64,000 nt of DNA from Nitrospirota bacterium (lineage in GTDB: Bacteria > Nitrospirota > UBA9217). The number at the start of each line of letters is the position of its first letter. Position 1 is the first letter of the stretch. The stretch lies in the NCBI GenBank assembly GCA_963845065.1, contig CAWJQQ010000006.1, forward strand, positions 256,001 to 320,000. The letters run 5' to 3'. Shown here one piece after another: positions 52,648-62,400 of the stretch. The notes under the pieces are model-generated. The model saw only the letters and a program-made list of their open reading frames with translations. It was not told where the DNA came from and ran no database searches. A program made the position numbers and the translations under genes.

Positions 52648-53140
52648 TTAATGAGAATGAAGAATATGCTCAAAGCGACGAGAGTAAAGAGTGCCCCTTA
52701 ATTCGCTGCCTGAAAAAAGCGCCCTAGGGTGTCTAAATTCGTAGTCTCGCGTAAGAGACCACCATGGAAACAAAGGCAATGCTAGGAACAACCCCTTGTG
52801 TTTCATAATATAATCGTACCGTTTTACCGTCACAGCGTCGATCACTGCCTCAACCAGAGGACTACCCACAACCCTGCCAAGCTCGAACGCGACCACGACC
52901 CTAGAGTAAGCCCGATAGTCGAATACATAATCCCCTAGAATGCCCCAAAATGCATGTCTCCGGCACACAAGATCCGTACCTCTATCCTGGGATCGTTGCA
53001 ACAACAACCTGCAGCCCCTGCAGGGCCGATTAAAATGAACACTGAGAACTGCTTGAGGTCCACAATGAATTTGAGCAGCTGTTGACTGTCCCTGCCGAGG
53101 TCGAATCGGCCCTATTCAACGTTATCATCGAGAGTAAGTT
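52648..53140 (-). pseudogene. Decayed TVP38/TMEM64 (DedA-like) membrane protein
   Basis: LQVVVATIPG*, GAF*GIMYSTIGLTLGSW, AFELGRVVG.PLVE...KRYDYIM..KGLFL in shifting frames; boundaries approximate. Confidence 0.7.
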
Positions 53141-53148
53141 CAAGAACT

Positions 53149-53436
53149 CTATTTTTTGAACAGTGAGTCGAGGGTTTTACGTGCTTTTTTTGCCGCCGTA
53201 TCCTCGGCGTTATCAGTAGGTCTCGAGTCACCAAACACGAAAAAATCACAGTAATTTGACTTGGATTTCCCATTCACCAGTTCTGCAACAGGTTCGCGGC
53301 ATTGCTTCGAGATATGAGAATCAAAATAAGAGCAGTTGAGGCAGCAATGAAGGTCAGCGTCGCAGGAGGGACAGGTATCCTTTCTGCCCACGTGTCTGTC
53401 GATGGACAACTCTTTTTTGCAGGCAAAGCATATCAT
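53149..53436 (-). CDS. Small Cys-rich putative zinc-finger protein
   Basis: CFAC, CPSC, CCLNC, CREP, NYCDFF. Confidence 0.8.
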   Translation of the reverse strand: MICFACKKELSIDRHVGRKDTCPSCDADLHCCLNCSYFDSHISKQCREPVAELVNGKSKSNYCDFFVFGDSRPTDNAEDTAAKKARKTLDSLFKK

Positions 53437-53569
53437 CACGAGAAGCATAGTATCGTATTAGAGGCACTATGACAAGCAAAAATAAGGGATAAGCTGGCAA
53501 GTTCTCAGGACATCGAAAATGCAGCTTTTTTATTGTCCTCCTCTCGAACTTGCCCACCTTCTTTTCGTA

Positions 53570-53948
53570 CTAACCTGCCCCATCCCCCCACGTAGGAAAG
53601 TTTTGTTTTTACGCGACGCAAGCAAACTTAGATATCCCGAGGATTTTCCCAATACTAGAGGCGGGCGATGGCCATACAGAGAAACTGGTCGAGGCATAAG
53701 AGTGATTTCACTTTGTAGGTGCCTTTGCAACAATCGACACATTTGTGAAAATTATACGACGGGACAAAGTCCATAAGTTGAGCAAAGACGGTTCTGCCGG
53801 TATTCATGACAAACGACTCCTTCCGCTGGTATGCGAAAGTATAGCCTGTCAGCAGAATAAATTTCAAATCGAAAAGTTGCATTTAGGAAGAAATGTTCTT
53901 TTTTCCCCGACTGTTAAATAATATTCTCAACGCGACGCTGGTACACTT
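53570..53948 (-). mobile_element. IS4-family (DUF4372-type) left end plus truncated transposase
   Basis: MNTGRTVFAQLMDF...DQFLCMA (ATG 53807), degraded continuation; upstream GTGTACCAGCGTCGCGTTGAG resembles a terminal repeat. Confidence 0.75.
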
Positions 53949-54069
53949 TCGATTTTTTTTGATGCAAATTGGACATTATTTCTGATATAATTAGTAATCT
54001 TTATTCCTTTTGCTTTTCTGATATTTATATTTCACATTCATTCAATAGAGAGAAGGAGGGACACAAAAA

Positions 54070-54414
54070 ATGGCCATGAAAATTATTATAGGAAATTTGG
54101 CGCCCGATATAACTGAAGAAGGTTTGAAAAATATTTTTGGCCAGATAGGTGCTGTCGAATCGGTTAAGATTAATACAGATCTGTTGTCCAGACGTCCAAA
54201 GGGTTCTGGCTATGTAGAAATGTCGCTCGACGTAGATGCTTTCCGTGCAATAAATTGCTTCAATGGCGCTTCATTAAAAAATAGGAAAATATCGCTTAAA
54301 GAGGCGTTGCCATTGCTCGAACAAGCTAAGTACCTTTTAAAGAATGCTTTACCGCCACAAGTCCAAAATTTTGGTTTTTCAATCAAAAGGGGAAAGACGA
54401 GGCGAGATCATTAG
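54070..54414 (+). CDS. RRM-domain RNA-binding protein
   Basis: IIIGNL (RNP2), KGSGYVEM (RNP1), AINCFNG. Confidence 0.85.
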   Translation: MAMKIIIGNLAPDITEEGLKNIFGQIGAVESVKINTDLLSRRPKGSGYVEMSLDVDAFRAINCFNGASLKNRKISLKEALPLLEQAKYLLKNALPPQVQNFGFSIKRGKTRRDH

Positions 54415-54801
54415 ACAAAAGTCGAAGCATTATATCGAATTTTCACCCTGTTTTCCTAACTATACGGGCTACTCCGCACACTTCTAATATCGTATATTTT
54501 CTTGCCAGTCTGATCAACTTTTAATACTATAGGATGATACTTTTACTTTGCCTTTCCGGTCATTATCCTTCACCATTATTTTCACAGTTTTAATATGCTA
54601 CATTTTGCGTATTTTACTGGTTTATATGATTTATATTTGAGCAGCAAGATGGATATGAGTCGATTTTGTGTTTAGTATTCTTTTTCTTTAGTGAAGTCGT
54701 CGAAGGCTTCAAAAATATGGGAATCTGATTTTCTCCGTTTTTATTTTTGAAATGAAGAAACGTGGGAATATGATATACTGGAAACAAGAGAGGTTAATAT
54801 T

Positions 54802-55206
54802 ATGTCATTGGTCGAACTACTTTTGGCAATAGGTGTTGTGTCCTTTATTCTTTTTGCATTCTTCAATATTTTTTATATTATTGAAATGAGAAGGACGAGT
54901 TGGGCCATGCGGCATCTCATTGAAAGAGCAGAAGGAAACCTCCACCCTGCGCTTGCAGCGATGAGATATGTATTCGAAGATATCAAGACAATAACCAATA
55001 ATGCTGTAGCTCTCTCGAAGAGTCTGCGTGAAGCTGTTGAGGCATTGACAGCAGCACAGAATTCGATAAAGGATATTTACCAGTCTTATGAAGAAAATTT
55101 AGATAAATCAGTGCGTGCAAATGTATCCGGGCTGAAGGCCGGTATCAAAACAGGGGTTGTAACCTTGTTGAGTAACTTGAAAGACAAGAAGGAGGGATTA
55201 TCATGA
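54802..55206 (+). CDS. DUF948/YoxC-like membrane-anchored coiled-coil protein
   Basis: N-terminal TM plus coiled coil, directly upstream of the YtxH-like gene. Confidence 0.65.
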   Translation: MSLVELLLAIGVVSFILFAFFNIFYIIEMRRTSWAMRHLIERAEGNLHPALAAMRYVFEDIKTITNNAVALSKSLREAVEALTAAQNSIKDIYQSYEENLDKSVRANVSGLKAGIKTGVVTLLSNLKDKKEGLS

Positions 55207-55484
55207 AAGAAGAAACGATCACAAAAGAGCGTTCTATCGTTGTTCCTTTTTTAGTCGGCGGTATTGTGGGAGCGGCTCTCGGGCTTTTGTTTGCGCCAAG
55301 AGCGGGGAGGGAAGTAAGAAAACAAATTAAAGATCTCGCGGTTGATGGCAAAGAGAAGTTCGCTTCTGCTGTTGGCAAAAGTCGAGAATTCTATACTGAA
55401 ACAATTACGGCTGTAAACAGCGCCATCGATGCGGGAAAACAGGCCTACATTCAAGAAAGAGATAAAGTCGAGATGGCACACTAG
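55203..55484 (+). CDS. YtxH-like protein
   Basis: FLVGGIVGAALGLLFAPRAGREVR. Confidence 0.88.
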   Translation: MKEETITKERSIVVPFLVGGIVGAALGLLFAPRAGREVRKQIKDLAVDGKEKFASAVGKSREFYTETITAVNSAIDAGKQAYIQERDKVEMAH

Positions 55485-55517
55485 CAAGCCTGTTTCGTGA
55501 AATGCAGTATTTTAACA

Positions 55518-55551
55518 AAGGACGCCAGACAACGCGGCGTCCTATTTTTTT
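55518..55551 (+). terminator. Intrinsic terminator
   Basis: aggacgcc-agacaacgc-ggcgtcct followed by a T-tract. Confidence 0.7.
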
Positions 55552-55792
55552 ACTCAATATTCAATCAATTTTCATCTCATATCCATGTTCCGAGGTTCCG
55601 AGTTTTTTGTTGTATCAATAACAAATCATCGAAAAAGTCTCGGCAGATTTAAAAAGGCCCTTCTTAGAAAAAACCAGTGCACTGACAGACTGCGCTTTGC
55701 GAGGCTCCGAGCCTAAAAAATATATTTGCTCAGAACAGATTCTATGCCTGTCCATTATCTGCAATTTGGGATACGACACAAATGGGTGGTAT

Positions 55793-57115
55793 TCAACGTC
55801 TCAAAGAATGGAGGTCGATGGGCGGAGGCACGGCAAATTCCTGAGCCCGCTTGCAGGCCATAACCGCTACTTCAATCAGCCTTTGTTCACTATCAATGTT
55901 ATTATCAGGGAGGCCTGCGACACCGATGCTCATAGTAACCTGAGTTGCATCGGGCCAGGTGAAGGGGTGTGTCGCCACAGCTTCAAGCGTCCGCGCCGCC
56001 GCCTGCATGGCGTCATTACGTATCGTGTTCGGGAGCAGTACGATGAATGATTCGCCTGACCACCAAGCAGCTGTATCCACCTCACGAATGGTTTTTTGGA
56101 CAAGATTGATGATTGCCTTGACGAGGGCCTCATCAGCCTTGCGTCCAAGCTTATGGCCATCCAAGTTAATCAGCATGCAGCTCATCTGCTGCTTAAAGCG
56201 GACCGCACGCTTGAACTCCTTTGAAAACATGACCTCGAATTGGGGACGCCCAAAGAGCCCTGTGGCAGGATCAATTACGGCATCGCCCGTTACCCTAAAG
56301 GCAAGTATGGGAGATGATTCAGCAGTTGCGTTTGCCAAATTTAATTCCAGGCCTGTATTTAGATCCGGTCCTCGCACTTTGCTCTCCCCGTTTTGTTGCG
56401 CCGAAATCGCTGTCATTTTCGATTGTTTGGTCGATCCTGGATGCAATTCCGAAATCGACCGCAGCGCTGACCGCGGCGTGGAGACATTCTTGAGCACTGG
56501 TCTTCGTTCCCTGTCCTTTTCCGGAAAAGTAGCCGGATTTCCTGTTGACAACAGATCGGCCTGTCGGAGATTCTTTTCCCCCGCTTTCGATACAAGTTTC
56601 AAATCAGGTTTCATTGCCAGCTGTTCGACTATGACTAGCTGTGGCACTCGCTCAGGCTTTTGTGTTAGTGAGGAAAAAGGTTCCTCAAACCTCTCTATCT
56701 GAGCTCTATTTTCTAGGACCGTAGTAATTTGAACGTCAAGTTCACTCTCTCGGTAAGGCTTCGCGAGATAGGCATCCGGCCCCCAGTACGTCCTGCTATA
56801 GTCGCGCTCAGGTAGGTCCCCATTGGCAGTGAGCAAGATTATCGGAGTAGAATGCGTATCCTTCCGCTGCCGGAATTGGCGGCACAGATCGAGGCCTTCA
56901 ATGTCCAGTAGCGATACGTCGAGTACGATCAGATCAACGGTCTCCTTTGCTGCCATCACGAGCGCAGTCAGCCCCGACCCAGCCAAAATGACCTCGTGGC
57001 CCCTCTCCTCCAGATAACGCTTAGTTCCATTTCCCTGCGTCTCAGAAGATTGTATAAGCAATATAGTCTTCTTTTCCATAACGACCGGCATGCAAAATCC
57101 CTGGACGAGAGCCAT
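55793..57115 (-). CDS. Receiver domain plus degenerate GGDEF protein
   Basis: REC (LIVLDV, PIILLTA, YLAKP), linker, DPATGL, REVD I-site, SGESF in place of GGDEF. Confidence 0.85.
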   Translation of the reverse strand: MALVQGFCMPVVMEKKTILLIQSSETQGNGTKRYLEERGHEVILAGSGLTALVMAAKETVDLIVLDVSLLDIEGLDLCRQFRQRKDTHSTPIILLTANGDLPERDYSRTYWGPDAYLAKPYRESELDVQITTVLENRAQIERFEEPFSSLTQKPERVPQLVIVEQLAMKPDLKLVSKAGEKNLRQADLLSTGNPATFPEKDRERRPVLKNVSTPRSALRSISELHPGSTKQSKMTAISAQQNGESKVRGPDLNTGLELNLANATAESSPILAFRVTGDAVIDPATGLFGRPQFEVMFSKEFKRAVRFKQQMSCMLINLDGHKLGRKADEALVKAIINLVQKTIREVDTAAWWSGESFIVLLPNTIRNDAMQAAARTLEAVATHPFTWPDATQVTMSIGVAGLPDNNIDSEQRLIEVAVMACKRAQEFAVPPPIDLHSLRR

Positions 57116-57363
57116 CCTGCTTCTTTCCCTTCATGAGCGTAAAGTGATCATTGGGAATACAAGATCCTGTGTTTTAGTTAATACCGCATCTTACCCATAA
57201 AAAATACTACAAACCAACATTAAATGTCAAGTATTTTTATAAGTATTTTTAAAGTATTCATTTCACAAAATCACATAAAATTGATAGATTCTATTAATAT
57301 CTAAATCGGGACAGCTAATAACATAAAATAATGCAAAAAGTAGCACTTGGGGGTGGAAATCAC

Positions 57364-57398
57364 AAAAAAACCCCTGCTGGAAAAATCCAACAGGGGCC
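57364..57398 (-). terminator. Intrinsic terminator after fhs
   Basis: cccctgctgga-aaaa-tccaacagggg with U-tract on the minus strand. Confidence 0.65.
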
Positions 57399-57425
57399 TC
57401 TGAAAAATTAAAGATTGCATCTTTC

Positions 57426-59189
57426 TTAGAATACGCCCTGCACCTTGCCGGTCTCGACGTCCACATCCACGCGGCGGTAAGCCGGGTCGGATGAGGTTCC
57501 AGGCATGAGCGTGATGGTACCGGCTACAGGGACCACAAAGCCTGCGCCCTTATAGATCAGGATATCGCGGATGCGAAGTTTCCAACCCTTGGGAACACCT
57601 TTCACGTTCGGGTTGTCCGTAAGTGAGAGGTGGGTCTTCACCATGCACGTACCGAGCTTGGCAATCTCTGGATCAGCCTCCATCTTTTTGGCCTTTGCCT
57701 CTGCTTCTGGTGTATAATCTACTCCGTCTGCTCCGTATACTTCCGTTGCGATTAGCTCGATGCGTTTACGGAGTGGAGTACTAAGATCATAGAGAAGCTT
57801 GAAGTCATTCTTTTCATTGCAAGCGTCGATGACGGCATCAGCGAACTCCAGCGCTCCATCACCTCCCTTTTCCCAATGCTTCGACAGTGCAACGCGGGCG
57901 CCTGCAGCTTCGGCGAGACGACGCACAGTCTTAATTTCGTGGTCCGTGTCGGTGTAGAAGGCATTGATGCAGACCACGGGGTTGATGCCCGCTTTCTTTA
58001 CGGTTTTGATATGATGGATCAAGTTGTCGCAGCCCTTCTCGACCCATGCCACGTTCTCACCCTTGTACTCCGCGGGCAAGGGCTTTCCCGGCACCGGAAT
58101 GGGCGCGCCGCCGTGGCACTTGAGCGCCCGAATCGTGGCAACGATGACGGCCGCATGGGGCTTAAGACCCGATATGCGGCACTTGAGGTTCCAGAATTTT
58201 TCGAAGCCTATGTCAGCAGCAAAACCGGATTCGGTGACTATGTAGTCACCCAGCTTGAGTGCGACACGATCTGCAATAATCGAGGACTGGCCGATGGCAA
58301 TATTTGCGAATGGTCCGGCATGCACAAAACACGGCTGGCCTTCGATGGTCTGAAGCAGATTAGGGTTCAGGGCCTCGACCATCCAGGCTGTCATGGCGCC
58401 GGCCACGTTGAGATCGGTGGTCGTGATCGGCGTGCCATCCTTGCTGTAGGCAACGACGATCCGTCCCATGCGTTCGCGCATGTCCTTCAAGTCCCTGGAA
58501 ACGGCCAGGATCGCCATTACTTCCGAAGATACAGCAATCGCGAAGCCAGACTTCATCATGAAACCATTCGATTTGCCACCCATGCCGATGATAATTTCAC
58601 GGAGTGTCTGGGCGCAGAAGTCGATGATCCACTTCATCTCCACATTGTGAGGATCGATGTTGAGCCTCTTCAGTTTTCGCTTGGCAAGCTGCTCGTCGCT
58701 ATAATTGAATTCGTGCTGCATGCGCGAAGTGAGCGCAACCATCGCCAAGTTATGAGCATTCATAATGGCGTTGATGTCTCCTGTAAGACCGAGCGAGAAC
58801 GGCGTCAGTGGGATGACTTGCGATAGGCCGCCTCCCGCTGCTGAACCTTTGATGTTCATAGTCGGGCCGCCTGATGGCTGGCGAATTGCGCAGATCACAT
58901 TCTTACCGCGTTTTCCAAGTCCCTGGGTTAGTCCGATTGTCGAAGTCGATTTGCCCTCGCCCAAGGGTGTAGGTGTGATGGCCGTCACATCGATATACTT
59001 GCCGTCCGGTTTACCATCAAACCGCTTCAGGACCTTCTTGAAGTCCACCTTTGCGATGAAGTGGCCGTAGGGCAATAACTCATCCTTGGTGAGCCCCATC
59101 TTCTCCGCAATCTCCGCAATCGGCTTCATCCTCTTTTCTGAATCTTCCGCAATTTCCCAGTCCACATGCTTTGTTGGATCCAGTACCAT
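57426..59189 (-). CDS. fhs: Formate--tetrahydrofolate ligase
   Basis: [42 protein letters not shown]. Confidence 0.97.
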   Translation of the reverse strand: MVLDPTKHVDWEIAEDSEKRMKPIAEIAEKMGLTKDELLPYGHFIAKVDFKKVLKRFDGKPDGKYIDVTAITPTPLGEGKSTSTIGLTQGLGKRGKNVICAIRQPSGGPTMNIKGSAAGGGLSQVIPLTPFSLGLTGDINAIMNAHNLAMVALTSRMQHEFNYSDEQLAKRKLKRLNIDPHNVEMKWIIDFCAQTLREIIIGMGGKSNGFMMKSGFAIAVSSEVMAILAVSRDLKDMRERMGRIVVAYSKDGTPITTTDLNVAGAMTAWMVEALNPNLLQTIEGQPCFVHAGPFANIAIGQSSIIADRVALKLGDYIVTESGFAADIGFEKFWNLKCRISGLKPHAAVIVATIRALKCHGGAPIPVPGKPLPAEYKGENVAWVEKGCDNLIHHIKTVKKAGINPVVCINAFYTDTDHEIKTVRRLAEAAGARVALSKHWEKGGDGALEFADAVIDACNEKNDFKLLYDLSTPLRKRIELIATEVYGADGVDYTPEAEAKAKKMEADPEIAKLGTCMVKTHLSLTDNPNVKGVPKGWKLRIRDILIYKGAGFVVPVAGTITLMPGTSSDPAYRRVDVDVETGKVQGVF

Positions 59190-59343
59190 TCTGTGCCTCC
59201 TATTCTTTCTATAAAATTATGTTAATGCATCCGCAACAATACTGAAAGTTGCCCAGTTCACATTTCATAGCGGAAAAATGAGCACATCGGATATTACACC
59301 ATGAACGTTGCCCCCGCCGTTGTGATTAGTGTCTTTCACTTCA

Positions 59344-59535
59344 TCAAGAACGGATCAGGAGGTTCACTGGTTTGTCATCCATGGAGTGCACATTTTTGCT
59401 GGCATGTCGTGCAATTGTTTGCATAATTTTATACATCGTTGCCGGGTCGCTCTTATTTAGAACCTTGAACTTATCAGTCGTAAAGAGATAAACATCCGTC
59501 GACTCGATTGCCATCGCGTCGGCTCCATGCGACTT
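59344..59535 (-). pseudogene. C-terminal fragment of a cNMP-binding protein
   Basis: HGADAMAIESTDVYLFTTDKFKVL.KSDP..MYKIMQTIAR; N-terminus missing. Confidence 0.6.
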
Positions 59536-59919
59536 CGACCGGTGTAATGCCGTACGCACCTGCACAATTAACTTTCTCCACAGTAAATTTGAGATCTTCA
59601 GACATATCCTTATCAGCAGGAATGGCCAGTTCTTTAAGCAGGCTGTTGATCAGCCGCTCAGAACCTTTGACGTGGCATGCTGTGCCGCAACACGCAGTGA
59701 TTTCGTTCTTACCCTTGGATTTAGAAGATACTGGGCAGAAAAGGTGGCGATTCCAGAAAATTTTTTCAACGGCACATCAAGCCTCTCTAAAAACTGGTAA
59801 ATCGCATCCTCAAGGAGAAAGCTAAATTCGTTCTCGATATCTTGCTGGGTCGAGATGAAATTTCCCTCGTTTTCCCCGAATCCCCCGAGTATTCGTTCCA
59901 GTGTTCTTCCATCGTCCAT
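59536..59919 (-). pseudogene. NuoE/HydC-like 2Fe-2S subunit, frameshifted and truncated
   Basis: ...GIATF(fs)PRGKNEITACCGTACHVKGSERL...KFTVEKVNCAGAYGITP. Confidence 0.8.
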
Positions 59920-60040
59920 CCTCTTAAGACAACAAAGGCCGCCATCAATATGAATCCGGCAGCCGCGTCATGCTTTGCCATATGGTGGTCGTGGTGTGAT
60001 TCGTGGTGTGCGATATAGTACACACCCGGCCTTCGAAAAA

Positions 60041-60064
60041 TCAGGCGCCCAAAGGGGCGCCTGA
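60041..60064 (-). terminator. Hairpin terminator after acsB
   Basis: tcaggcgccc-aaag-gggcgcctga followed by T-tract on the minus strand. Confidence 0.75.
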
Positions 60065-60084
60065 TATTGCTACCTGTTTTGGAA

Positions 60085-62286
60085 TTAGAACATTGATTCC
60101 ATCGTGAGTGCAGGATGGCTTTTTTCTGTTAGGTATGCAACCAGCTTTTCCGAATCCTCAGCAACCGTCTCGTCAGCAATCTTGTCGAGGAGATCGGGTA
60201 CGCCTTCTTCCTCACTGCGCTTCTTAAACTGATCCGCAAAGGACTCTTTGAGATTCTTGGTCATCCAGACAATGCGCTTGAATCCGCCTTCGGCAGAAAG
60301 AAACTTCTTGCTCGTAAGGAAGTATCGTCCGATACCCATAAAGCCCGGGCTCTGCGCTCCGCCACCAACAGTGCCTGCAAGGGTCGAGAACTTCATGCCA
60401 ATAGGAGTCATGCCAGTGTAGCCCCGGTTCACCACCATCACTCCGTTGGCCTCTGGCACGATAGCCACGATGCATTCGAAGCATCCGCATGAGGTCATCG
60501 GCGCATCCATGATGCTGTAGGCATTGAAGTATTCGAGCGCCTGGTGGGAATTCTTGTATACGTAGTCGTCTACGCCGGTCCAGCGCCCCTTCACCGCGTC
60601 CTTTGTCTCCCCCTTCATAACAGGCTGATTCGCGCCGTTCGGGTCGATTTCGAAAGCTGCTTTGGCATCAAGCCAGTTGTAAGCACCGCAGAGGCCGAGC
60701 CGTTCCGGCGATACGACGCAGACGTGGTTCGGTGCAAAGCTCTGGCACAGGATGCAAGAGTAAAAGGTGTCCACTGACTCATCCGTCATGGAGGCGAGGC
60801 GTACATCGCGCTCGAGGTATGCTTTCTGAGCATCGGCCTGCAGTTTTTTGACATCGGCATCATCCACGTAGAGAGTCACCTGGACCTTGTCGACGATATT
60901 GTTGAACTTATGTTTGAGCTGGGTCGATAGGATGTCGCCGAAATGTTTAAGCACGAAGCCTTCCTTGAGGGCGTTAGTACTGACCCGAAGCCAGTTCTGG
61001 TCGCGCTGGCCCATGTGCCAGATACCCTGCGCTTCGTTAACGAAATGGTGGATCTTGCGTTCGAGCACCGGCTCGAAGTCCTTCTGCATCTTACGGCCTG
61101 CTACCTCAATGAGCATTCCCAATGGCATCTGGCCACCTTTTTGATATCTGGCCTCGGCGTCCTTACCGACGATGATCACCTTGCCGTCTTCGACCTTATC
61201 GAGGCCTAAGGTACGGAGCCACTCGAAGGCAGGCGTGCGCTGGCCGCCGAATTCGATGTGCATGTCTTCCTTGCGGATGCGTTCGCCCTCGAATGCAGGG
61301 CCGAAAGCAACCGGGATTGGCGGCTTTGAGACTGTGATCTTGAGACCGCGTACTTCAAAGCACCTCTGCACAAGTTTCTTAGGGTCAAGCTCTTTTTCGA
61401 CCTCCTCATAGATCGTAACGCCGGTCGGATGCACCACCGGGATGTCGGTATTCGCGATAGCCGGGAAGCCCATGTTGATCGCGCCCGCTCCCGTTGTCCA
61501 AATCCGGTCATTGAGCGGCCCCAAGACCAGTGCGAAGGCAAATACTTTATCCTTGGAGTACTTGAGGATCTTCTTATAATCTCCACCTTTCATACCGCCA
61601 AAGGTGATTCCGGCGCGGGCTGCCCAGTGCAGAGCGTATATGGCATGCTCCACTTCCGGACCTAAAGGTACAAGTCGTGTGTCCCATCCGAGTTGTACAC
61701 CTTTGCGGAGGAGCTGCTTGGTAAAACTATTGCCGTTTACGTTACCGCACATGAGAGTAAGGATATTCTTCTGCTGGAGATCTCGAGCCATCTCGAGGGC
61801 CTGTTCATCGCTGTCCGCTGCACCGATGATACAGACGTAACCAGGCATGGATCCGTCCACGAGTTGTACACCGAGATTCCTGAGGATTGTGTCGGAAATG
61901 AACCCATTGTAGGTGAGGCCGATGGAATCGTCTTTCACCGGCTCTTGGCCATAAATGTAACGGATGGCCATGATCATCTCCTGAGCAAAGAGGGTTGCCA
62001 TACCGGCATCCAAAGCTTCTCCAAGAAACGGTTTGTACAGTTTGTCCTCAGGTGCGTTCGTAAGGAGCGGCTTCACATGCTTCTCGAGGGCAGTCTTCAT
62101 GTCCCCGACAGTTCTCACCTCAAACCCGGTCATAGTGAACATCTGCGGGAGGAAATAGGCCGTGTCCGGAAACTCGAATTTGAAATCCGCGCCTTTTTCG
62201 CTGATGGCCTTCTCAACGAGGGCTTCTGCCTGCTTGACATAATAGTGCGAGCCTAGTATGGCTCCAGTGGCAATAATTTTTGACAT
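60085..62286 (-). CDS. acsB: Acetyl-CoA synthase (CODH/ACS), bacterial type
   Basis: A-cluster ligands SCILCQSFAPNHVC...GLCGA and TSCGCFEC; FPDTAY. Confidence 0.96.
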   Translation of the reverse strand: MSKIIATGAILGSHYYVKQAEALVEKAISEKGADFKFEFPDTAYFLPQMFTMTGFEVRTVGDMKTALEKHVKPLLTNAPEDKLYKPFLGEALDAGMATLFAQEMIMAIRYIYGQEPVKDDSIGLTYNGFISDTILRNLGVQLVDGSMPGYVCIIGAADSDEQALEMARDLQQKNILTLMCGNVNGNSFTKQLLRKGVQLGWDTRLVPLGPEVEHAIYALHWAARAGITFGGMKGGDYKKILKYSKDKVFAFALVLGPLNDRIWTTGAGAINMGFPAIANTDIPVVHPTGVTIYEEVEKELDPKKLVQRCFEVRGLKITVSKPPIPVAFGPAFEGERIRKEDMHIEFGGQRTPAFEWLRTLGLDKVEDGKVIIVGKDAEARYQKGGQMPLGMLIEVAGRKMQKDFEPVLERKIHHFVNEAQGIWHMGQRDQNWLRVSTNALKEGFVLKHFGDILSTQLKHKFNNIVDKVQVTLYVDDADVKKLQADAQKAYLERDVRLASMTDESVDTFYSCILCQSFAPNHVCVVSPERLGLCGAYNWLDAKAAFEIDPNGANQPVMKGETKDAVKGRWTGVDDYVYKNSHQALEYFNAYSIMDAPMTSCGCFECIVAIVPEANGVMVVNRGYTGMTPIGMKFSTLAGTVGGGAQSPGFMGIGRYFLTSKKFLSAEGGFKRIVWMTKNLKESFADQFKKRSEEEGVPDLLDKIADETVAEDSEKLVAYLTEKSHPALTMESMF

Positions 62287-62312
62287 AAGTCGCTCCTTTT
62301 TATCGCTTTTTT

Positions 62313-62393
62313 TACCGCGAATTCGCGGAGTTCGCCGAGGATGTCACGAGTCGCCCAGATTTTTTCTCTGCGCTCCCGGCTTCCTCTGCGGTT
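62313..62393. repeat. REP-like imperfect palindrome
   Basis: taccgcgaattcgcggagttcgccgagg...ctctgcgctcccggcttcctctgcggtt. Confidence 0.6.
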
Positions 62394-62400
62394 ACTGTTT

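Noticed and set aside
59787..60023. His-rich ORF (HHESHHDHH) after acsB as a nickel chaperone
   Set aside because: It starts right after the terminator without an RBS and overlaps the NuoE relic out of frame; support is insufficient.
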